A stretch of DNA of 62,865 bases, the filler included, from Globobulimina sp. (taxonomy: Eukaryota): NCBI GenBank assembly GCA_003354225.1. It is 35 parts of 35 records of this genome, joined end to end, with 100 filler letters (N's around TTAATTAATTAA, not from the genome) between each part and the next. Parts side by side here need not be neighbours in the genome. Positions count along the whole stretch, not along the records: positions 46,784 to 48,481 come from PIVH01012987.1; positions 48,582 to 50,279 come from PIVH01012988.1; positions 50,380 to 52,077 come from PIVH01012989.1; positions 52,178 to 53,875 come from PIVH01012990.1; positions 53,976 to 55,673 come from PIVH01012991.1; positions 55,774 to 57,471 come from PIVH01012992.1; positions 57,572 to 59,269 come from PIVH01012993.1; positions 59,370 to 61,067 come from PIVH01012994.1; 27 more parts are not named here. The stretch is one strand, 5' to 3'. This document shows, in pieces, positions 46,784 through 59,941 of this stretch. The position numbers and the translations under genes were made by a program. A model generated the notes under the pieces. It was not told the DNA's origin. It saw only the letters and a program-made list of their open reading frames with translations, and made no database searches. Numbering within the stretch: the stretch's first letter is position 1; each line of letters begins with the position of its first letter.

Positions 46784-48153
46784 ATTGATTCAGTAAAACA
46801 TAAAATATATTTCCAAACATTATCATAAACAGTGGCATTGCGCAAAGGTACAATATCTAATAAGATATACTTGCGTTGTTTCAAGTGCGTGATCCGAAAA
46901 TATTTCATTATCATTGCATTTATAAAATTCACATTTGATTTGTCACAATAGATGTCAATTAATAATAATTTGCCATCCGATATGGATGGATCTGCAATTT
47001 TATAAACGTTTCTTTTATTGTCTAAATGTATAAAATATGTCCAATATTTTCGTTTTAACAGATAATGTTCGGGAAACATTAATATTTCACCATATTGACT
47101 GGAATAAATGGTTTGTATTTGTCTCCAGGACAAACCATTGGGATATTGGTTTAAGATATGCCATATTTTAAATAATATGTTCATTCCACACAAATCCTCG
47201 CAACTATAACTCCAAATTAATGAAAAATCACAAATATCTCCCAGACCTAATGATACTTTCTTCATTGCGCCAAACTTATTTACTAATCTGTACAGATTTG
47301 TGCACACAAATAATGCTGAAAAATGTGTGTAAAATTCGTTTTGTAATTCCGATAATCGGACTTTCTCATTTTTGTTTTTGTTGTGGGTTAATAAGTAATG
47401 GAATATTTGTGATTGTTTGGCATATTCAATATTATCTAAGTTCAAATATTTTTCATTTTCAATATTTTGTCGGTTGAATAAAATTTTATGACCGGAAATA
47501 TCGTTATGAATTATAAATAAATGTGAACAGCATCCAATTATATATTTTATCATTGCGGACTCATATTTAAAGGGATATTCACAGCCAAAATGTTTAAGAT
47601 ATTCAATGTGAATATCGCTTGACACAATGCCTGATGGATTGTATCGTAATAAGTTGTACAAATTTATACCGAAATTATCCAATGTATTGTCATTTTTTGA
47701 TAATATCTGTTTGGTGGTGGCCGTTGACGGAATATTTAATATGTCATCCGCTATCAGAAAATCTATAATGACATTGTTTTCATCTGTTTCTGTTTTTGTG
47801 TGTGTCTCTGTTTGCGTTTCTGTGTGCATTTGTGTTTCTGTTTGTGTGTCTGTTTTTGTTTCGGGAAATAGATCTTCAAATTGGAGTATTTTTGGTGCTT
47901 GTTTTGTGGTGGATGTTTGTCGAATTTTCGAGAAAATATTTTCTAACTTTTCATTTGTGATTAATGATTCTTTGATCATTGCTTCATCCATTGCCAATAC
48001 ATTCAATTGCGTTTCTAAATTCAAATCATCATCAATATCCTCCAATAATCTTGAGAATTTATAGCTGGATAACAATTGGAAATTGAGGTGTCTTTTGTTT
48101 ATCAAATTTTTTGAGAAACGAAATAGATTATGTGTTAAGTAAGACATTGTCAT
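46784..48153 (-). CDS. Protein with up to three LOTUS/OST-HTH-like domains and a mitochondrial-type presequence (3' truncated)
   Basis: LYNLLRYNPSGIVSSDIHIEYLKHFG, VRLSELQNEFYTHFS and IWHILNQYPNGLSWRQIQTIYSSQYG. Confidence 0.6.
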
Positions 48154-48581
48154 TTTATTAAGATCACTTCAAAAAAGAAGGAGCGCGAAAGTTTCCGCAT
48201 CAGTTTGACTGTGTCGATCACAATAAAAACAAGAAAATAACCATCTCTCTCGAAAACCATTAATTTTGCATTGTTTATTATGAAAAAATAACTTTACTTC
48301 ATCACCAATAATATGAGTTTCTTTCTTTCCGATAAAATGCTTCCTCATTGTTTCAATAAATCGAAATTCAAATATTACCATCCAATCATCAATGACACCA
48401 CCTTCAATAAATTTATTTTTTAAAATTTCATAATATCCATCTACATTTTCAATGTTCTGTCGAATATGAAACCGTATTTTTNNNNNNNNNNNNNNNNNNN
48501 NNNNNNNNNNNNNNNNNNNNNNNNNTTAATTAATTAANNNNNNNNNNNNNNNNNNNNNNNNNNNNNNNNNNNNNNNNNNNN

Positions 48582-49338
48582 TGTTATTCATTACTATGTC
48601 CATGGCAAAAAGCAGCATACGTTTGTTTGTGGATTGGTGTACTTTGTTTTTATGTTGACCCAGAATGCCGGGCCGCTGTCGTGTATCCCCAATTTCAGCA
48701 CAAATGTGGTATATACATTGAATATGATATTTTTGGGCGCAATGATTGGGTGCTTACAAATTAATAAATTGTATGAAAATAAATGCAATAAATATCTGCA
48801 ACAAATAAATAAATTGGAGTTGGATACAAACAAAATCAGAGAATTACAGGAGCTGAGAAATGAATTGAATGATATTAACATAGGACATCCGAATTATATT
48901 AGTTATTATTTGAAAATTATTTCAATAAAATATCCATTCCAAGTTTCATTAATTGTGGTATACAATTCATTACTTTGCTTATTCAATATTTTGTACAATG
49001 AATGCTTAGAATGTGATAAAAATGGCAGTGAAGTGATTCTTCGTTTATTGTTGTTTGGTTTATTTTTAATCTTAGAAATATACATTGAGATAAAAATTAA
49101 CTGTTCGACAGTGCCCGTTTATGAACAAGCACAAAACAGCAAATGTGCAATGTTTGGGAAATCATTAAGGAATATTTTGGTTTTGATAGTTTTAATGAAT
49201 GTCTCGTCGATAAAAACGGTTTCATGTTTACAGTTTATTTTCAATCAATTAATCATTAATACGGTCACAATTGTCTCTGCCAGTTTTGTTGGACTCATAT
49301 TACTGAAGGAAATATGGGATGCATTCAGGGAGAGATAA
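48582..49338 (+). CDS. Multi-pass membrane protein, C-terminal part
   Basis: Long ORF with several hydrophobic segments. Confidence 0.5.
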
Positions 49339-49499
49339 TTTATGGACCTTTAAATAATTATTATTACCTTAATTATATGCTTTGTTGTGTTCAGTGTGTT
49401 GTTATTTTTCACGTACGTAAGAGAATACAAGTCTTACTTTGTGTAATGATAAGAAACGTTTTCGGTTTGTACGAAAACGGACAATCTGCTCGATTCGAT

Positions 49500-50279
49500 T
49501 TAGTAAAAACCACACTTTGGACGAGATGAAAGTTTAAACTTATTAAAGATGTCAATGTAGGATCTGTTGCATTGTCGCCGATGTATCGCATTCCAATGCC
49601 TTTTTTGGCATTTTTTATTGCAATAATAATATTTGCCACAACCTTTACAAATCGATAATCTTTTACCACTTTTAAGGCTACAATTTGCACATTGTAATTT
49701 CTTCATTTTTTTCCGTAAATACTTTAATAATTTGCCACCGTTTTCATTGAGTATTGGCAAACCTGAATGCATATTAATTCCTTTTTTTAATTGCAAATAT
49801 GACATTTTATATTCCCTTAATCGCATCAATAATATATACATAAATGATATCTTACTTCGGGAATCTGATTGTTATGAACAAATGATATGAAATAATGATA
49901 CTTTGCATGTTGATAACTTGTAAATGTGTAATGTTGAATATATCCGTTTAAAAATTCCATCCATCCATTCTCATTTGTTGATATTGTTACCCTTTTCTCC
50001 AATAAATGCATTGCTTTTTTTGCTTTCCCCAAATAATTAATAAAAATGCATAGTTTTCGAAGAATATATCATTATTATTAGGATCAAACATTGCTAATTG
50101 CTTATTATTGGCATACACAGCGAATGCTTGCTTTGTCAGCAAGTGATAAATGAACAAATAGCTTCATTTTTAATCCACAAAACCATATATGGTCACATTC
50201 ATCAATCAATTTATGGTAAACTAAATATTTATATTTTGCCAATGCACTCTCAAATCTTTGTAATTTCATCAAAACCCTT
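49500..50279 (-). pseudogene. TPR-like plus MYND zinc-finger gene with two frameshifts
   Basis: CANC..CKGC..YYCNKKCQKRHW..HRRQC. Frame breaks near 50038 and 49835 (extra TA in a TA run). Confidence 0.75.
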
Positions 50280-50496
50280 NNNNNNNNNNNNNNNNNNNNN
50301 NNNNNNNNNNNNNNNNNNNNNNNTTAATTAATTAANNNNNNNNNNNNNNNNNNNNNNNNNNNNNNNNNNNNNNNNNNNNTTTCTTTCTTTCTTTCTTTTA
50401 GCAATGCTTTTAGTCACAAATTATGGCAATATCCTTTTTGGTCTTTGTTGCTGGAAATCCGTGGCAATATCTGGTAGTATTTCACTGTCATACGTA

Positions 50497-50802
50497 GGTG
50501 GTATTTCACATGCATTGGTACCAGCGGGCTATACGGATGAATGTCAGCCATTGGATATCAGCGTGAATAAGCCATTTAAAATGACGTTACGTCGCGAATT
50601 TACTGCGTGGTATGCCAATGAGATACGGACCGCATTGGACGAAGGAAGAGACATAAAAGATATAAAAATAGATACAACATTAACAGCATTAAAAGATAAA
50701 CATGCGGGATGGATAGTATCTGCGTGGAATGAGTTATCTAAAAATAAAGCAGCATTGTTAAAAGGTTGGCGACTAATTATAAATCATTTGAATATAACTT
50801 AA
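50497..50802 (+). mobile_element. pogo/Tigger-type DDE transposase C-terminal fragment
   Basis: VPAGYTDECQPLDISVNKPFK..LR..F..W..WI..AW. Confidence 0.88.
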
Positions 50803-50882
50803 TTTTGACTGCCATGCTTTGAGTGCGAATGGTAAAATGTTGAGTGCTTAAATTTTACTTAGAAAAAAAACCAAAATCTTTG

Positions 50883-50975
50883 TTCTAAATGGATTTAATT
50901 TCGCAGTATTTAATTTCGCAATTCAATATCAAGTGCGAAATTAAATACAGTGCGAAATTAAATACATCTAAAGTA
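50883..50975. repeat. About 90-nt palindrome (TIR/MITE-like) ending in TA
   Basis: Two ATTTAATTTCGCA copies face two TGCGAAATTAAATAC copies. Confidence 0.7.
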
Positions 50976-52420
50976 TATAAAATAATATCGATCATATAAA
51001 CAATGAAAATATACATCACATTTCCATAAATAGACAATTCAATTTGTGAACATTTGACAAATAACATCATGATTTGTGAACATATGCATAGATACAAATA
51101 CTTAGGAATTGAATGGTTTACATAACGAAATTTAATGTTTATTTTTTTTATTCGGATCTTGAATATGAATATGTTTCAAACTAAACTAGTCGCATAAAAC
51201 TAGTTGGATATATTTTATTTTTTTAAACTAGTGCATAAATTCGGTTTGTTTGTACATTGTGTGTTATTGTTATAGTTATAATTATCGACTTCATATTCAC
51301 TAATTTTAACATTTTTGCGCGAATTTCCGTTGTTTTTTTGCCAATGTACATTTTAGAATTTGCACACGAAATCTATTTATTATATATGTATATTATTGGA
51401 CGGCGTTGTTTATATTTTTAGTATACAATTTTTTAACTTTTAAGCTATTCTCGTTTTAAATTGTAAATCTTGAATAAATTTGTGCTGGAATTAAAAATAA
51501 TGCCTTTGAGTTTGCAATGCTTATCATTGCTTGAAACAATTCCTTTAAAATCTGTACAATTCTTTTACTAAATTAATTAACTTAAAATGCATTGCATTTA
51601 CATACCAAAGCAAACAAATACTGGCTATATAATGATTGGAGAGGAAATAAGCGATTACAAAAAAATTGAGAGGCTGCTTCTTGCGTAAACTTAGAGAAAT
51701 GTTTGTGTTTAGAAAGAGAGAGAGATATAATATAAACAGAGACGGATAACTTGGTCAATTATTTGAATAATGGGAATCCAAAATTGTGTCGCCATCATGC
51801 TCATTTTTTTTACATCGAACCATTTCTTTGTTTTTTGAAAATATTCACGGAATGTTTGTACGGCATTTTTATTTTTTGGTTGGTAACCATTCCAATTTTC
51901 TAATTGTTTTGAGATCGCATCATCGCATTTCTTCATAATACAGCCATTATATGTCAGGATGCCATGCATTTGCCGATATGCCCAATAATTGTCCTCTTCC
52001 ATGCGATCCACATATATATGCACATTGCCTTTATGCTCGTCGAATGTGTCTTTGTTTTGCGTCGTAAATTTGGCGATNNNNNNNNNNNNNNNNNNNNNNN
52101 NNNNNNNNNNNNNNNNNNNNNTTAATTAATTAANNNNNNNNNNNNNNNNNNNNNNNNNNNNNNNNNNNNNNNNNNNNTATCTGTACTAATATGCGTACCT
52201 CTTATCGGGAACACTACTGTATATCGTTTAAGCAAACTCCTACGATATAGACGATGCTTGAGAGTGTTTTAATAATGCTAAATATATATTGTTTGATTGA
52301 ATTGATTGAAATCTGTATACATATATATATATATATTCTAAATTAAAAGAAAAACTTTAGCCAGCAAGTGACACGTCAAGACGAATGGTGTGAGGTAACA
52401 AATTAAACTAAAATCACAAA

Positions 52421-53666
52421 ATGAATTCACTCATCAATTTAATTTCAATCATAACAATCAATTTTCTGATTTCATGCAATGCGTTAATTGTTGAACATAA
52501 TTTTGATGCAGGAGTTAAGACTTGGCAATGCATGACGTGTTTTAATGTTTGTTATTTGATAATAATAATATGTGTATTGTTTAAAAGATGAAACCATTTT
52601 CTTATCAAACATTTTCTGGCGTTGCCATGTATGCGGCAAAGGATGCTCCGTCTCATTCATCCCCAGGAAATGGCAAATCTTACATTGATTTTGATTTAAT
52701 ATTAGAAAGAGATAATATTGAGGGCGGAGCCGTTTTTATCGAATTAATAGTAATCCCAGATATAAACATCAATGATATTGGAATAAAAAAAGAAGGCAAT
52801 TTACATTTATGTTGCAATCAAGAGTTATATGGAAAGTATGGATGTACATCGGACACACGCGGACAATTAATAATACCCAAACAAATTCGTGGTTTGTACA
52901 GGGAACAAATACCAATGGAAGGCGCAACATACCATCTTAAAACAGTTTAGTAGTTTTATTATATAATTATATGATGCGAATATGCGTAAATAATACACAG
53001 AAGGCACCCGTGGAGGTGACCGCCATTCACGTGTTTGCGTTGTCGTCATGTGATTCCCGTTTGCAATTAGCATCGGGAGAAGAGACCTCCATCACATTCA
53101 GTGGGAGCACGCGATGGATGAACCCGTATGGCCATTTACCCGGTGATGTGTACGGATATTTGCCATTTTATGGTTGGATGTGTATCATATATTTGTGTAT
53201 AAGTATAGTATGGTTTTGTTTTAACGCCATATATTGGTCGCAATTGTTGCATGTCCAAAACTGCATAACTGGCGTCTTAGCCATGTGTTTAATAGAAATG
53301 GCGACGTGGTATTTCCACTATTTGCATTTGAATAATGTGGGCGTAGTGCATCACGGCCCGTTTATATTGGGTTTGGTGACGACGTGTAGCCGCCGCATGG
53401 TCTCTCGTATGTTGGTGGTGGCGGTCTCCATCGGTTACGGTGTGGTGCGGCCCACATTGGGAAAGACCGTGAAAAATAAAATCATTATCTTGGGCATTGT
53501 GTATTGGATATTTGCGTTTATGTTCGAATCGCTAATCCATTATAACCAAACCGAGAAAGTCGAGTCGTGGATGCGAGTCATTCTTATCCCGCCGGTGGCC
53601 ATTATAAATGGCATATTTTGGTGGTGGACCTTTGTATCTTTAAACAAAACCATATATATATATTAG
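52421..53666 (+). CDS. TMEM87/GPR107-like (lung 7TM, GOST family) protein; introns 52514-52587 and 52945-53000; appears C-terminally truncated
   Basis: Signal peptide, WMNPYGHLPG..LPFYG, QNCITGV and VSIGYGVVRPTLG. Stops after WWWTFVSLNKTI, before the last helices. Confidence 0.88.
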
Positions 53667-54954
53667 TACTAATATATATTAGCAAAATATGTTTCCCATA
53701 AGTCAAAAAGTGTTACTAAGTGACAGTTTATATAGTACTTCGTTTCTATACATTTGACTACTTAGTTAGTTACTTGAGTTGTTTATTCGACTATGTCCTA
53801 CTACATGAAAGTAGATGCTACCGTTTCCCACGTGCACCCTCTTACCAAGGGGGAGGTTACCCAGTGTTATGCCAANNNNNNNNNNNNNNNNNNNNNNNNN
53901 NNNNNNNNNNNNNNNNNNNTTAATTAATTAANNNNNNNNNNNNNNNNNNNNNNNNNNNNNNNNNNNNNNNNNNNNAATTTTGACATTTCTGCAATATTTG
54001 GTCATGTGCTAACTGTTTGGTTTTTGTCTGTATTTCGTTTCGAATTTTTACATGAAAATCCTTCTTTCAGTTATTTTATTTTGTTCATTTAATAATGTTT
54101 CAAATATTATATTTTTGATATGATGTTGATATGGCTTTGTTTGTTTGTTTGTGACTCCCAATGACTCCTTTCTTTGTTTGTAATGCCATTTTATTTTTTG
54201 TGTCACCAGTTTCGTTTTGCGATGTGTTACGTATTTTTTTTTTGTTGTCATTATTTCGTTTGAATATTAATATTTTGTACAATCACTACTATTCACCATT
54301 GACAAATTATATAATTTTATAATAATAATCGGGAGCATTCCATTCCGGTTATTTCATTTTTTTTTTTTTGCTTTTTAATTTATTTCTTTTTGTTTTATTT
54401 TTTAATTTTGCTTTTTTCTTTTTATTGGGGTTTGTGGTGAATCAGTTTATATTCAACAATAATGTATTCTATATTTCATTTAATTGTTTCTATATTCTGA
54501 ATTTTCCTTTTTTTTTTAAATAATATGGTGTACTTATAATATTATTGTATTGTTTAATTTTGTATGTCTTACTCAGGCTATATCAATTAATCTGAATATC
54601 TCATCGATTCGTACAATCGTAAATAATAATAATAAATAATAATAATATAATTTAATGTTTAATATCTTTGTTAATTAGTTATCATTAATTTTGGTTTTTA
54701 TTGTATGTTATGTATAAATATATAAATTATCATGCGAACTGATGACTAGATCCAAAGTTTTGAAGAATAAGTTTACTGTTTTTTTGGCGTTTTCATTTCG
54801 GATTTGTTGGCATTTTCTTTTTCCTTCAAAAACTATATTTAAAAAATTCTGAGATGCAGTGCATAAGTTCTCCGGTGTCAAATAATGGATAACATAACGC
54901 TTCGCTGAACTAGTAATAATTCGAATAAAAAAGTTTTGGCTTTAAAAAAAAAGC

Positions 54955-55673
54955 ATGCAGTCTTTGAAAAAAGTGGTAATGAAAAATGTTAGCGTTCCAG
55001 ATGAATGGAGAAAGGATTATCCGCATTTTATTGCTCCATCAGAACATTTACGTTATGGTCATTTGTTTGTTTTGATTGTGTCATTATTCGTTTTTATATT
55101 TTCCTGTATTTATTATTATGAATTTGATCAAAAGACAATTACAGAGATAGTATCTTCAATTCCAAAGGATGCTGACTGGCACTGCGAATCAATCGGAACA
55201 TTCGTTGGAGAGTTTAATTTCGTTACAGATGCTGAGCCAGCTTGGGATCTCTCAGAAAATACAGCATCAGCATACATTGGATATGACACTGATATCAACG
55301 CAAACTATGTTTTGGGTAACAAAGGACACATTCAATATAATAATATTGTATCGAATTGGACAGCGTACAAATTGATGTCTGAATATGAGCCGTCGGTAGT
55401 GTCCATGTTTACGATTAGAGGAAATACTCCAAATGAACAGGAATGCAGTGATGTGACACAAAAACAATGGTGTCAATCGACTACAGTTAATAAATCAACA
55501 ATTATTGATGACAACGTAAAGGTGTACAAATTCAATTATTCTGAAAATATTATGCCTGTTGCATCAGATACAGTCATTTATACTGCAAATCTTAATCTAT
55601 TGAGATATTCCAATCAAATAACTACCAATATTACTGCTGTGGGCAATACGTCAATGATAATGAATGGTACAGC
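54955..55673 (+). CDS. Unknown membrane-anchored protein, 5' part
   Basis: Long ORF with an N-proximal TM helix. Confidence 0.55.
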
Positions 55674-56105
55674 NNNNNNNNNNNNNNNNNNNNNNNNNNN
55701 NNNNNNNNNNNNNNNNNTTAATTAATTAANNNNNNNNNNNNNNNNNNNNNNNNNNNNNNNNNNNNNNNNNNNNCGACATATTTTCAAGAAGTCTGCGCCG
55801 TTTTGACAACATTTGTAATTATTTCAAGAAATATAAAACCTAAAGTTTTTGCCGTTTGGTTTCATGAAACCAAAACATGAAATGGAAACCTGTAATATTT
55901 TCCAAATAAATTAAAACAAATCCGAAAGTACGTAGTATTTCACAATTATATTAAAGTGACGACTCACAGTGACGACAGAAATACAAAAATGCAAAAAACC
56001 ATTTCATGAAAATATTCTTGTAAAATCTGCAGTAAGTTTCAAGTAAAAAAAAGGTTTCAAGAATATATCCAACCTGAAATTGACGCTACGTCTACAGTTC
56101 TAAGC

Positions 56106-57075
56106 ATGGCAGCAGACGAACAGTCACAATATTCACTGGTAGTTAATGAAGATGAGGACGAAAACCCACGAGTGGTAAGTATCAATTATTTGAATGATCG
56201 TAAAACACGTTTAACATTCTGGTGTATGGTGTATTTTGTTAATGCGATGGCAATTAATAAGTATTTAATTCAACAATTTTATGTTTATCAAAATACAGGT
56301 TCTACGCAAGTTTTAGCATTATCAATTACTGCAAATATTTGTTTCTTGGGTGCATCAGTCATATTAATGTGTAGTATGTATTGTAAGAGTTGTAAGGCTA
56401 CAAATCTTTGGGTGTTGTGTTCTGCTTTCTTTTTTTTTGCAGGATTTATATTTTGCGGTGCAGCTGTTATCCGAGGTAAGTTATTTAATAATTCTATAAG
56501 TTATTTGATAATTATTACAAATAACAATAACAGGGATAACTCTTACATGCATTCATGGGTTCCATTGGAGGGATTTATTTGATAACACTGCTTGGTGCAG
56601 AATTGCATTTGAAGGACGTTTCTTATTTTTTCAATTATTTTCTATTTTTTTAGCAGTTGATGTTGCTCTATCGATTGGTGATGAGATAAGAAAAAGGTTA
56701 TTCTTTACGAGTTTGTTTTTGGCGGCAACTGGGTATTTACAAGGCGTTTTTTATGCTCATCAGCTATATGAACAGCGGCATTCACGTTGGTCAGATGCTG
56801 CGGATTTATATCCATATCGTACTGTATGTACTGGATATTTTGTGGTTGGTATTATGAGTTCATTTATTGTGTTATTTTCTTATTTTGATGGATTGCAGAA
56901 AAAAATGAATTCAACTGTTGCAACAATCATTTCATTGCTTTTATTGGCTGGAGTTGCTGAAGCAATATGGCCATGGATGAATTATTCTGCTTATTTGATG
57001 AATTATTCTGTTTATTTGATGAATTATTTTTCTGTTGCTTCGTTATTGGTTGTTTATGATTTGTATCATTTGTAA
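56106..57075 (+). CDS. Unknown multi-pass membrane protein with one intron (about 56477-56532)
   Basis: GAG|GTAAGT..AACAG joins ORFs 56106 and 56713 in frame. Confidence 0.65.
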
Positions 57076-57767
57076 GAAAAAAAAAATAAGTAAAAAGTAC
57101 TAGTTCTTAATTATCTTCATACAAAATGAAAACAGATCAATCACAAATGCCTCTAAGACATCTTACTAATCATGATATTCCGTGAAATTGCATTTTTTAA
57201 ATGTTTAAAACCAGACTTTACTTGAAAGGTTTGCACAGAAATCTGGAATCCTGGCGATAACTAACCTTTTTCTCACCAATATATTCATTTAATGTTCAGC
57301 TGCGGCATTAGTGGAGAAAACACGTTAATTCCCATGACATATAAAATAGAAAAACAGAAAGCAAGAATGTCTTATTCAACGTTATCCATTGAACTGACAC
57401 AAACCATGCCATAACCAATATCATTAAAACGTGCATTGTTTGGTTTCCGTTTTGAACACCCATCAGCTTTANNNNNNNNNNNNNNNNNNNNNNNNNNNNN
57501 NNNNNNNNNNNNNNNTTAATTAATTAANNNNNNNNNNNNNNNNNNNNNNNNNNNNNNNNNNNNNNNNNNNNTACAAAACTTTGTTGTTTTATAAAATCGT
57601 TTTTTGTGAATGCCATAATCGTTTTTTGTGAATGCGATAATCATTTTTAAAGGTGTCATGACATTGATCACACAAAAAACAGAAAAAATAAAAATTGATC
57701 ACACACTTTCACACAGAAAAAAAAAACAGAAAAAACAATAATCAAAATAATAGCAAATATAAAACAT

Positions 57768-59182
57768 TTATCCTAACACATTTCCATCAGTATCATAATT
57801 TGAACCATTCCCCATTTTATCCGCTTCGTTTATTACATTCCGATAACTCTCACAATTCTTACACGAAATAAACGGGGAACACAATAATTCATAATATTTT
57901 TTGGTAAACCCAAATGACAGCCAAATACAAAGTGCATTGACTGTGGAATCCACCACCGACGAAAATGTCGGATACAACGTCCAAAGACCAAATCCCAAAC
58001 CAAATGTACTAAACGCACTCCATGCGGACAATATACTCAATTTCAACATTATCGGCAAGAACTTATGAACAATGCTCGGCCTTTGCTTCCGTTTCGAATT
58101 ACTTTTCCCCCTCAACTTCCAGCGCAGAGAACTGAATATATTGCTCGCCGACGACACAGAGGACGCATAGCCATGTTTTATATGCGTATATTTGGAGGTT
58201 TCCACTGCTTTTTTGCATGTGACTGACACAGGAGCAGCATCCGCATCTATCGCCAATTTATAATCAGAATCGATATCATATTCAATAACACCTTCCGCAG
58301 AGGTTTCAGAATCAGTGTCGTCGATTTCCATCGCGAGTTCATGCTCACTCACTGTAATCCCATCAGGTCGGATCATGTCGCAATAGTTGTGCATACAGCT
58401 ACATTTTGACACATCTTTGCTACTTTTGCCATCACTCTGATTAGATTTGATTTTCTCGATCATTTCCTGAGTATCCTTCCGTTCCATGGCTGTCTGGTTG
58501 GACATTATTTGAGTGAGTTTGCGCAGTCTGAGATAGAATAAAAGCAAACAGGTAAAGCTCCAAATAGCATCACACGTAGCTCCAGTCCATATGGTAAGTG
58601 TCGAATATTTTGAGGCTTCGAACTTATCGCAATCTGCGGGAGATGTTATGTCACCGACCGCTGAGAAGTCAATGTATAAGAAAATCATATAAAAACTGCC
58701 GATCGTGCACCTGGAAACAGTGCGAATTGGTTGACAGTACTAATATAATATTAGTTGACAGCACTTAACATTAGAAAAAAGAAACAGATTGCCACCGAAC
58801 CGATGATTTTCGGGTTGTACGCTAAGAATGAACCTCTGAAGGATACGTGTACCAATGTCATGTAATAAAAATACATGGCGAGTTTGCCCATCATGAAAAA
58901 TACGATGTTGAATGTCTGTGCTTGACAGCTGAGAACCATGTATGGTATGTTTAGCTGAGGTATGTAATATAGAGATTGGATGAGATATAACATAAATGAT
59001 ACGATGACAAATGTGGTGTATCCGAATAACGAAATGAATGAGAATTTCTTGACGAGAGAATCCAGCAAGACACCATTTTTAATTACATAAACGTTGTATG
59101 TATAGTGGGTGAACGATGTGATTAGAAATAATGCGAAACCAGCAGACAAAATGGTAAATGTCAATGTCAGATACGGACCCAT
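57768..59182 (-). CDS. GPCR-like 7TM protein; intron 58769-58711
   Basis: Seven hydrophobic segments, a long third intracellular loop and VDSTVNALCIWLSFGF..YY..LC. Confidence 0.7.
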
Positions 59183-59369
59183 GACGTGAATGTTGGAACA
59201 ACAAAAAACGAAAATACAAAAATGGGTGCTTTCAAATGTCACTTTTTTTTTCATCTTCATTTACATTTTNNNNNNNNNNNNNNNNNNNNNNNNNNNNNNN
59301 NNNNNNNNNNNNNTTAATTAATTAANNNNNNNNNNNNNNNNNNNNNNNNNNNNNNNNNNNNNNNNNNNN

Positions 59370-59853
59370 GAACGCGTTTCATTTTATCTCCACCCCATAA
59401 TGTTCTCTCACCCCTCCCCTCCATTACCATTTTCATAGTTCGTATGTCCTTTCGCAATTGAGCGCGTTGTTCTTCCGCCCCATCCAAATCCTTAATTTCC
59501 TCCAATTCATTGTTATGCGTTGTGATTACATGAATGATATCGTTCAATAATGTGCTTCGTTTATGGCAATATTTTATTAGCTTATCGGAATTGGCATTGT
59601 TTAATGTTTTACAATATCTCAAACATGCAATAACTCGCATTGTTAATTTGCAGCCAGCCACAGACTTTGAACAATCAATACCATCCTTTGCATTGCCGCT
59701 TAGTTTTTGTTGTTGGTGCTTGTTCCTTCGTTTTTTTCGTCTTTTTTTGCGTTGTGCACGTTTTGCAATTTCTGCGGATTTTCTGTCACAACATATGGAC
59801 GCATAGTATGTCTCTAAAGTGGTCACACTCAATGTATCGCCCATTATGGACAA
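59370..59853 (-). CDS. Unknown basic protein, 5' part
   Basis: ORF containing an RKKRRKKRRNK tract. Confidence 0.4.
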
Positions 59854-59941
59854 TGCAGAAAGTGAAGCACTGCAACAGTTTTTATCATTGAAAATTGAGA
59901 ATTTAAATTATTATAAACACGCAATACAACACAAAACAAAT

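Noticed and set aside
53976-54900. Long AT-rich stretch as a hidden gene or ncRNA
   Set aside because: It is low complexity with only short spurious ORFs and no convincing stems.
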